Positions 57,273 to 64,000 of a stretch of DNA of 64,000 nt are shown here, in pieces. Origin of the DNA: Bacteroidota bacterium (GTDB lineage Bacteria; Bacteroidota; Ignavibacteria; UBA10030); contig JBEKOB010000008.1 in the NCBI GenBank assembly GCA_049522195.1, positions 1,251 to 65,250 of the forward strand, given 5' to 3'. Made by a program: the position numbers and the translations under genes. Position 1 is the first letter of the stretch; each line of letters opens with the position of its first letter. The notes under the pieces are model-generated. The model was given only the letters and a program-made list of their open reading frames with translations. It made no database searches and was not told the origin of the DNA.

Positions 57273-57436
57273 TGCAGACCTTTCTTCGTTTTGGACCCAG
57301 CATCAAAGACAATTGCCATGTGATTCACGTGCGCAGACCATTGCAGTGAATTCCGATTCCAGAATTCGAAATGAGTCAGATATTCGTTGGTGTCGGTGCG
57401 GTGGAGGATGATGAATGTCAACTGGAACTCATTCAT
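57269..57436 (-). CDS. Small ORF (55 codons, not in the ORF track), translationally coupled to the TIR gene
   Basis: My translation is MNEFQLTFIILHRTDTNEYLTHFEFWNRNSLQWSAHVNHMAIVFDAGSKTKKGLQ*. Its TGA overlaps the TIR ATG (ATGA at 57269-57272). It is a paralogue of 55459..55749. Confidence 0.6.
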   Translation of the reverse strand: MNEFQLTFIILHRTDTNEYLTHFEFWNRNSLQWSAHVNHMAIVFDAGSKTKKGLQ

Positions 57437-57486
57437 GCTTATTCCGGTGTTTCGCTGGATTCTGCTGGCTCGACCTTTTTGGACGC

Positions 57487-57774
57487 TTATAGCAATTTCG
57501 CACGAACAAGACGAGCGACAATTCTGGCAAACTCATCCGCCACTTGTTCCTTCGGAGCGGGATCGTCGGCGACCTTCATCACGATTTCCCACTCAAGGGC
57601 ACGCTTGCCCTTTCCCCAAACTGTTTTGAATCGACCGAGTTCTTTGCCAGCGTTTGGTGATTGGGTTCGCATTGAAGAATTGTCGTCCGCAGCAGATGGG
57701 GCCGCATACTCGGCAACGAGATCTAGCTCATTTCTACCATCGACAAAGGGAAAATCCGCGTTGAGCACGCGCAC
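57487..57774 (-). CDS. Hypothetical protein (95 aa)
   Basis: It is co-directional, lying 43 nt after the HEPN gene and 50 nt before the small ORF. I recognise no motif in it. The antisense + strand ORF 57371..57778 is judged spurious. Confidence 0.4.
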   Translation of the reverse strand: MRVLNADFPFVDGRNELDLVAEYAAPSAADDNSSMRTQSPNAGKELGRFKTVWGKGKRALEWEIVMKVADDPAPKEQVADEFARIVARLVRAKLL

Positions 57775-57817
57775 ATAACAATCCTCTCTTCAATACGCAT
57801 CGTTTGCGTAACGTGAG

Positions 57818-59470
57818 TTAGTAGTATTTCAATTCATCTGGAATATTTCGAGCGAAAAGAGGAATTACTTTCTCCTCACCCAAGATTCTTTCCTTCTTAG
57901 TTTCCTCAATCCAAACGAGATTGACCAAGTAAATTATAGCAGAACGCACGGCTTGAAAGAGATTCAAAGTTACTTCTAACAGTTTATCTTCTGTTATGGC
58001 AAGCTCATGGATATTCGTTTCCTCGTCCTCATCTGAAAACGGAGATGAGATCGGACCCAAGGGAACCACCTGAAGGTATTTGTGTTCCAAATGATTTCGT
58101 ATAATTGAAAGATGGCTGAGATTGCCTTGTTTAGAGTAATCTTGAGCTATATCATACAGGGCTACTAAACCAACATTGGCTTGAATTTCATTCAGTTTGT
58201 TGTTTATGCCTTTTTTGAACTCCAGATCGGCATACCAAATATTTGCGAAATAGATTTTCCCCTTTTGATTCAATTCAAGATATTCATTCAAGAATACCGC
58301 GATCTTATCAAGCGAACTAAACGCCAAACGGTACGAAAATTTCAGCAATTCCTGATAAACATTCATCGAAGCATAATCAAGCGTGTTGATAATCGCAACC
58401 TTGCCGTCTACAAATCTGAGCTTAGGATCTTTGAACTGAGATTGAGTCAACAAGAATCTCGCAGTAGCAAACTCCTGTTTGACTTGGTTAAGATATCGAC
58501 AAAGGCTCAGATATTTGTCTTTCCCCTTTGAGGGCACTAACATCTTTTGAATGACAATCGGATCGCCAACGGAGGCATAGCAGTTGCAATAAAAGCTGTG
58601 GGGATTTAAGTAAAGCCTGTGGTTAAGGCAGAAGTTCACATAGAATGTTTTGAACCGAGACCGATATCTCCTGTGCCATACTCTGACGTGCTCAGTTTTC
58701 TTCCTCAGATTCATCTTGCCCGTCAATGATTTCTTAATCGGCTTCAAATAACTATCCTCAAAGAATCTCCTTGGTGCTTCTTCGATCATTTTAGATTTAC
58801 ACGCGCTCTTTAGCATCCAGTAGGCTTCATAATACAGCTTGGAATAGTACTCTTTTTCTGGTGTGACGTGAGTCAGAAAGCAAAAGACCCTTGCCTTATT
58901 TGCTAAAGCCATCGGATGTTTTGGAGAATGGTAAAGAGCTTTATCATAAAATTCGATTGATTCGAGATTTCTTCCTAGATCGTTGAAACAGTTTCCAAGA
59001 TTTACGTATAGGCGGGCCATCCGCTCGTTGTCAATTTGTGGTCCTTTCTCAGTTAGCAAAGTAGTCGCATGATAGAAACAGTTCTTGGCTTGTTGGATCT
59101 GATTGATTGATACAATTGAGTATTTAAAATCAGGTTCCTGTTTTTCGATTTTGTGCAGGGCAGCAAAACCATTCCCGAGGTCGTACCAATAGGTGAACTC
59201 AAGTTCTTTGCCCTGCGTGAAGATTCTTTCCTTGTTGCTTTCGAGAAACCCGATTCCTTTCCTAACGATAGCCGGATCATTCAATCCGTCGCCAATATCA
59301 ATCAAAAAACCTGCTACGTTTATGAGCACACCTATCTGATGAAGGTCGTACTTTTGATTTATTACCGACAATCCTTCGAACGCTTCTCGATACTTGCCTT
59401 CGCCAATCAGCCGGCTCACTGACCTAAATTCATCAGGATAAAGGAATTGACTCATTTCTTCGGTTACCAT
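57818..59470 (-). CDS. TPR-like N-terminal region fused to a C-terminal HEPN-like domain (Rx4H)
   Basis: TPR-like segments (ARLYVNLGNCFNDLGRNLESIEFYDKALYHSPKHPMALANKA). An RNHLEH motif lies at nt 58082-58099, 87 residues from the C-terminus, in a helical context (LSHLSIIRNHLEHKY). Confidence 0.6.
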   Translation of the reverse strand: MVTEEMSQFLYPDEFRSVSRLIGEGKYREAFEGLSVINQKYDLHQIGVLINVAGFLIDIGDGLNDPAIVRKGIGFLESNKERIFTQGKELEFTYWYDLGNGFAALHKIEKQEPDFKYSIVSINQIQQAKNCFYHATTLLTEKGPQIDNERMARLYVNLGNCFNDLGRNLESIEFYDKALYHSPKHPMALANKARVFCFLTHVTPEKEYYSKLYYEAYWMLKSACKSKMIEEAPRRFFEDSYLKPIKKSLTGKMNLRKKTEHVRVWHRRYRSRFKTFYVNFCLNHRLYLNPHSFYCNCYASVGDPIVIQKMLVPSKGKDKYLSLCRYLNQVKQEFATARFLLTQSQFKDPKLRFVDGKVAIINTLDYASMNVYQELLKFSYRLAFSSLDKIAVFLNEYLELNQKGKIYFANIWYADLEFKKGINNKLNEIQANVGLVALYDIAQDYSKQGNLSHLSIIRNHLEHKYLQVVPLGPISSPFSDEDEETNIHELAITEDKLLEVTLNLFQAVRSAIIYLVNLVWIEETKKERILGEEKVIPLFARNIPDELKYY

Positions 59471-59751
59471 TTCAGCATTTTGGGGCTTTTGCTTTTGACA
59501 ATTCGAACCTCATCCTCAGCAAGTCCGTATAGTTTGTAAACAAGTCTATCAATCTCCCCTATCCATTGCCTTGATCTGGTGCTCCAACAGTTCTTTCTTG
59601 CCATCTGTGGTTGATTCTGTTTACGGTGAGGGTCCGACATTCTCTCGACAAGCTGCGCCATCCGTGGTGCATTGCTTTGTCGTCTGGTGGATTGCAAAAG
59701 GCGATAGTAATTTAGATTTCTGTCTGGTCTTTGTAAGCAGTTTGCATTTGA
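59464..59751 (-). pseudogene. Remnant of the C-terminal tail of an Eco57I/type IIG-like methyltransferase
   Basis: The stop-to-stop frame ends ...MAQLVERM....IGEIDRLVYKLYGLAEDEVRIVKSK, parallel to the tail of the 1015-aa enzyme (HLVGLVEQIM....LDRQIDEAVYELYGLTEEEIKIVEG). No upstream methyltransferase body is present. Confidence 0.55.
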
Positions 59752-59758
59752 TCATACT

Positions 59759-60601
59759 TCACTCTTTCCAAATCATTTCCCCTCTAGCATTCCAGAAAAT
59801 CTCGCCAGGACCCATCCAAGGGAAAAGACCACACTCTTCTAGCTTCAGTAGCACAAATTTGATTGCATCCCCTGGACTTTGCGATAAGGTGCATAAGAAC
59901 CTAGCTCCAGGAAAGTTAGTTGCACAGGCAAAGAACTCAGGCCCGACAATATTCTCATCACCTTTTTTGAAATACAGGGGTGTCAATGCTATGCCAGCAT
60001 CCCCCGTCCGCATCATACCATAAGGGCGGTAATCATTCTTTTGGGGAGCTCTGACATATCTTCTAATCTCAGAATACAAATTAGAGCTGTGATGAGACTT
60101 GGTCTTCTCGATATCATTATTTGTGTCTTTCAACATCTGCCATATTGAGCATTCAAAAGCGATTTTGTGCAAAGCTCGACTTACCTGTGTATGGTTCACA
60201 TTCTTTAGACTTGCGTGCTGTATAGATAGTGTACCATCATTTTTCAATACTACTCGCCCTTCACCTTTGTCGATGCTTAGTAATTTATTCCTCCGAGAAG
60301 TCAACCTTACTGTTTCGTTTTCATAGACAGAAATTGACGAATTATAACTGGGAATGCTTTTCAATGTTTTCCACATCCGTAAAACCGGATGATTAACAAG
60401 ATGAGTATCCAAATGTGAGCCGAAATAGCGGTTGCAACTCCTGCAAATAATTCCTTTGGGGAGGGTATAGGGTGATATAATACGCAGCCTTGGGTCATCG
60501 CTCGTATTCCCAAGCGAAAAAGGGATGATATTATATTCATCGTCAGACTTGCGATCGACCTTCCCTGAACAATACAGGCAGGTGTCTGTTATTAAGTTCA
60601 T
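59759..60601 (-). CDS. HNH_5-like zinc-ribbon endonuclease-fold protein (catalytic His replaced by Tyr)
   Basis: CLYCSGKVDRKSDDEYNIIPFSLGN....ICRSCNRYFGSHLDTHL follows C..C....EH.iP..LGG....vC..CN..f....D, but with EY for EH and GN for GG. About 200 further residues are unassigned. Confidence 0.5.
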   Translation of the reverse strand: MNLITDTCLYCSGKVDRKSDDEYNIIPFSLGNTSDDPRLRIISPYTLPKGIICRSCNRYFGSHLDTHLVNHPVLRMWKTLKSIPSYNSSISVYENETVRLTSRRNKLLSIDKGEGRVVLKNDGTLSIQHASLKNVNHTQVSRALHKIAFECSIWQMLKDTNNDIEKTKSHHSSNLYSEIRRYVRAPQKNDYRPYGMMRTGDAGIALTPLYFKKGDENIVGPEFFACATNFPGARFLCTLSQSPGDAIKFVLLKLEECGLFPWMGPGEIFWNARGEMIWKE

Positions 60602-60723
60602 TCACTTTTCTTTCTCGCTGTCGGCCTTTGTTTGTATGAACTTCAACCGTTGAGCCCGATTGCGCCACATCAGAGATTCTTGACCTTTTGTTTTGTACGA
60701 TCTCCAAGCGTCGTTTTTCGATT

Positions 60724-63700
60724 TCACGTCCTTGAGTCGCCCTCCACAATCTTTATCTCTTCTTCTGTCAACCCATATAACTCATATACAGCTTCATCGA
60801 TCTGACGGTCCAGGCTTTCACACTGCAGTTCGAGCCGATTCTTTTCGGCATCGGTCTTCGCGGTTGAGAGTGTTTCTTCGGAATACATTATCTGCTCGAC
60901 AAGGCCCACTAAGTGATCGTGTTTCGATCTTTGTGATGAATCATCAAAATCAATCATATGTATGGGCAGTTGCTCTGTGTACTTCGTCCAGAAACGAACA
61001 TATCCTCCCCTCAACGCCGTACTGACACGCTTGAGGCACCAGAATAACAACTTGCTGTTTAGCAGGGCAAGAAGGTATTTCGGACTATGCCTGTCATCCT
61101 TTGGAAGTAAGCCATAACCTGTCTTGAAGAAATGTCCATTTGCATCGATCGTGAACGACGCTGTATTGTTATAGTCGGGGACCACGATCTTGGGCCTGGA
61201 AAAGAGAGTCATACTCTTCGGGTAACCAAAGGCATACCAGTTTGGCCCTTTGAATCGCCCACCTTCTCGTTTCATTAGCTTTGTCTTGTTCAACTCCAAA
61301 TACGAATGTGCTTTTGGAAAATCCCTCTTCAGATCAGTTTCTTGAATAAGATTGAACTCAGTATCGCCGATTTGGTAAGGGCAGATCATGACGGAAGAGG
61401 AGTGCAGGGGTCGATATCGACGGATATCCTTTCCCTTCAGGAATCTCTTTACGATCTCTGATTCTACATTCATACGCTGGGTGAGTGATGCCGAATCCCC
61501 TTTCACTATCGATTTACCAAACTCGCAGTTTTCCAAAACGAAGACGTCATCTGCACTCGTTTGGGTTCCTACGAAAATATGGAACACTTCAGACGCGTTT
61601 CGGTTCGTTGATTCGAGTCTGCGAAACAACCTCTCGTCGCCGGCGTCTCCAAATATCCACTGTGTTCCCGAAATTGATTTTTCTTCTATGACAATCTCAT
61701 CCGCCTTCAAGTCCTTCTCCCACGTTTCAATATCCCCAACCTTAGCAAACCTGAATTCCGTATTGTTTCTCTTACTTAGGAAAAGAAGGCAAGTATACGT
61801 TGTCGCACCAACAAACACTTGATTCTCTCCGAAATGAACCACTTTGTCCAAGAACCTCCCGTCTGCGACGATGCGACGAAGTCCTTCACCATATTGAGCA
61901 CTGAAAAATTTGTGCGGCAAAATGAATCCTAAGCTCCCCTCCCAACGCAAAAGGCTGATCCCTCGCTCGACGAAGACAACATATATGTCATAGTTCCCTG
62001 ATGCAGCAGATGCAAAGTGATCTTTGAGATATTTCACAGATTCAGGACTGGACTCATTCATCGTTTGAATTCTTATGTACGGTGGATTCCCCACAATACC
62101 ATCAAAGCCACCCCTCTTGATCACCTTCGGAAACACTTCTCCTGTGTTCATTGGTTTGAGCTTGGAATCATCTACATTCGGGAACAAAGATCCATCGAGA
62201 ATATCCCGCCCGACTAGAGAATTTCCACACACAATATTGTTTTTCAGGTCAGGCAGAATTGTTTCCTTGAACAATCCGAACTGATGGGCATCACTCATCG
62301 TTGCGTCTTCGAGGAGCTTCAGATACAGTGAGAGCTGTGTGACTTCGGTTGCTTGGAAATCGATATCCACACCGTAGATGTTATTGAGTAGGATTTCTTT
62401 CTTCTTTTTCAGCGAAAGATGTAGTTGCCCATCACGCTCAAACAGATCGTCCGTCTTCGCCTTCTCTCGGTTTGCCAGGTAATATCTGACGTGATAATCG
62501 AGCAGTTGAGCGTACACTTCGATCAGGAATGAACCCGATCCGCACGCAATATCTGCAAAAGCCAAATGTGCGATCTCGGCGGGAGTCTTGCCTTCGATCT
62601 GCCTCCCGACTGTTTCCTTTACGATGTAGCGGACGATGTATTCGGGAGTATAGTAGACACCACCTGACTTTCGAACCTCCGGTTTTTCTTCAACCTTCAC
62701 ACGCTTGTCAGTAGCGTGCACCACCTTGCCTAGGAACCTCTCGTAGATGCTGCCAAGAATCGATATCGGAATTTGGTTGAAATCGTATGGGGAACCCGGA
62801 TCGGCCAGCTCCGAACATATCTCTGCGAACATTTTGTCTTCAGTAGTAGCAAATGTGATCTCATCCAGTATGCGATGCGGCTTGAAGACCAACCCGTTGT
62901 ACTTGGGCTCACATCTTTTGCAGAGATTGACAAATCCCTTCCAAGCCGACTTCTGTCCTTTGAGATTGATGATCGCCTTCTCTTCAATACCTTTGTCTTC
63001 GAGGAACCGGATAAACACAAGTCGGTCAATTGTTCGTTGGACGGCCTCGGTGAGTTCTTCTCCTTCCAGCTTTTCATTAGCCTTCTTGAATGCTTTGGCA
63101 AGCGTGATGCGATATTCATCCAGCTCTTCCAGAAATGCTTCATCGACCGCTTGATATCCTCCTTTGAGCAATCCTTTCTGGCCACCCTTGCCACGCGGCT
63201 TTGGCAACTCAGCCGCCCGCTTCTCAATTGAACCACCCGCAACGGCCTCCCGTGAGAACAGATAGTAGACATGGGCGAATTTGTCTTCGACGGCATAGTC
63301 GGAATAATGGAATGACTCCACTTTGCGATTCATCGCTTCGTCGATATCTGGTTTGAACCGGCAGTCCAGAATATGAAATTCTTCGAAGTCTGTTAGTACC
63401 GCAAGCGGAGTTTTTGCATTCCAACCGTAACGGATCGTTTGGTAGTAATCTTCTGCATTTGCAAGGTTCTTCGACGGCTTTTTTGCCTCCACAAAGAATT
63501 TCGGATCTCGGAAATTCGGACTGAGGAAGAATGCGTAGTCAGCTCGCCGCTGGGAAGACCCTGCCATCTTTACCTTGTTCTCAATGTGGACCTCTTGCTC
63601 GTAAGGATTCCTTTGCTGCACGTGTGTGACATCCCATCCCAAAGCAGCGAAGAATTTGTCAATGAAATCCTGACGAACTTGTGACTCTTGATAGCCGGGT

Positions 63701-63771
63701 GAAAGGTAGGCTGCCTCCTGTGCCTTAAAATCAGTCACAAGTTGTTTAATAGTTTCAAAGGACTGCTTCAT
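60724..63771 (-). CDS. Type IIG restriction-modification enzyme (fused PD-(D/E)xK nuclease, gamma-class N6-adenine methyltransferase and target recognition region)
   Basis: The N-terminus has RRADYAFF...KFFVEAKKP (D...ExK). SAM motif I FADIACGSGSFL lies at nt 62527-62553 and motif IV GNPPYI at nt 62077-62088. The long C-terminal region ends in IDEAVYELYGLTEEEIKIVE. Confidence 0.8.
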   Translation of the reverse strand: MKQSFETIKQLVTDFKAQEAAYLSPGYQESQVRQDFIDKFFAALGWDVTHVQQRNPYEQEVHIENKVKMAGSSQRRADYAFFLSPNFRDPKFFVEAKKPSKNLANAEDYYQTIRYGWNAKTPLAVLTDFEEFHILDCRFKPDIDEAMNRKVESFHYSDYAVEDKFAHVYYLFSREAVAGGSIEKRAAELPKPRGKGGQKGLLKGGYQAVDEAFLEELDEYRITLAKAFKKANEKLEGEELTEAVQRTIDRLVFIRFLEDKGIEEKAIINLKGQKSAWKGFVNLCKRCEPKYNGLVFKPHRILDEITFATTEDKMFAEICSELADPGSPYDFNQIPISILGSIYERFLGKVVHATDKRVKVEEKPEVRKSGGVYYTPEYIVRYIVKETVGRQIEGKTPAEIAHLAFADIACGSGSFLIEVYAQLLDYHVRYYLANREKAKTDDLFERDGQLHLSLKKKKEILLNNIYGVDIDFQATEVTQLSLYLKLLEDATMSDAHQFGLFKETILPDLKNNIVCGNSLVGRDILDGSLFPNVDDSKLKPMNTGEVFPKVIKRGGFDGIVGNPPYIRIQTMNESSPESVKYLKDHFASAASGNYDIYVVFVERGISLLRWEGSLGFILPHKFFSAQYGEGLRRIVADGRFLDKVVHFGENQVFVGATTYTCLLFLSKRNNTEFRFAKVGDIETWEKDLKADEIVIEEKSISGTQWIFGDAGDERLFRRLESTNRNASEVFHIFVGTQTSADDVFVLENCEFGKSIVKGDSASLTQRMNVESEIVKRFLKGKDIRRYRPLHSSSVMICPYQIGDTEFNLIQETDLKRDFPKAHSYLELNKTKLMKREGGRFKGPNWYAFGYPKSMTLFSRPKIVVPDYNNTASFTIDANGHFFKTGYGLLPKDDRHSPKYLLALLNSKLLFWCLKRVSTALRGGYVRFWTKYTEQLPIHMIDFDDSSQRSKHDHLVGLVEQIMYSEETLSTAKTDAEKNRLELQCESLDRQIDEAVYELYGLTEEEIKIVEGDSRT

Positions 63772-63892
63772 CTCATCTGCCTGCGTTTAGGACTGGAGTT
63801 CGATGCATACAACAGATTTTCGATGAGGTCACTGCTAATCTACACGAATAACGAGCTGTATTCAACTCATGCGAGCACCCGTTCACCGTTTG

Positions 63893-64000
63893 TTAGTGGT
63901 CGCTTTTCTGCTCAGAGATAATTGGTTCAACTAAATCGTAGAATTCCTTGGTGATTGGTTTCATCTTGACATGTTGATCCATGCCTTCGCGTAACCAATC
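63893..64000 (-). CDS. C-terminal end of an unidentified gene that continues right of the window
   Basis: Open frame to the window edge: ...WLREGMDQHVKMKPITKEFYDLVEPIISEQKSDH*. It is too short to assign. Confidence 0.3.
   Translation of the reverse strand, partial: DWLREGMDQHVKMKPITKEFYDLVEPIISEQKSDH

Noticed and set aside
57371-57778. The + strand ORFs 57371..57778 and 55684..55959, whose N-termini resemble each other (MSQIFVGVGAVEDDEC / MAQVFLAVGAAQDGVC)
   Set aside because: Their similarity is the antisense shadow of the paralogous - strand small ORFs. The substitution pattern is synonymous in the - strand frame, not in the + frame, and both + ORFs run antisense into neighbouring - strand genes.
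62730-63296. 188-codon - strand ORF and + strand ORFs (62747..63154, 62773..63231) within the type IIG gene
   Set aside because: They are off-frame or antisense overlaps of a gene with clear methyltransferase motifs.
53119-64000. Calling the island a prophage, ICE or transposon
   Set aside because: No integrase, transposase, terminal inverted repeats, or phage structural or conjugation genes are visible in the window. Only the tRNA-adjacent position, the composition shift and the defence-type cargo support a mobile origin.

Overview
This 64-kb chromosomal segment reads like an FCB-superphylum bacterium (Ignavibacteria/Bacteroidota-like). That placement rests only on two T9SS-type C-terminal sorting domains and a Bacteroidota-style exbB-exbD-exbD-tonB-PstS-like-TPR cluster. 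Layout: (i) 0-16 kb is a minus-strand block holding a pntB tail, two tandem PAP2 phosphatases, TerC, a soluble pyrophosphatase, a K+-independent membrane H+-PPase, and six amino-acid-type transporters built around a duplicated two-gene permease module. (ii) 16-24 kb holds a lipoprotein, a TPR protein, a PstS-like protein, two TonB, two ExbD, ExbB and a STAS gene. These appear to be driven by a sigma-54 promoter beside an NtrC-type two-component system (24-27.5 kb). (iii) 27.7-34 kb is a TetR-TolC-MFP-RND efflux operon, followed by envelope proteins, an SDR, a heparinase II/III-family lyase and an MBL-hydrolase/receiver pair. (iv) 41.7-52.6 kb encodes two giant secreted T9SS cargo proteins. One is an 1873-aa beta-helix protein with dockerin-like and cohesin-like modules. 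The other is a 1752-aa protein with three cohesin-like modules, Big_2-like modules and 11 tandem FN3-like repeats. (v) tRNA-Pro(TGG) sits at 53.0-53.1 kb with a decayed 3' duplicate, followed by an AT-richer accessory/defence island (53.1-64 kb and beyond). The island carries a GerE-sized LuxR HTH, an orphan receiver plus a signal-peptide HNH nuclease, and a TIR-domain protein bracketed by two paralogous small ORFs (one absent from the ORF track). It also carries a TPR-HEPN protein, a methyltransferase-tail remnant, an HNH_5-like protein and a 1015-aa type IIG restriction-modification enzyme. The co-directional HEPN / small ORFs / TIR array is my best candidate for an undescribed system. I recognised no rRNA, CRISPR array, transposase or integrase. 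All domain calls come from motif recognition by eye; no searches or computations were run, and start codons are best guesses.
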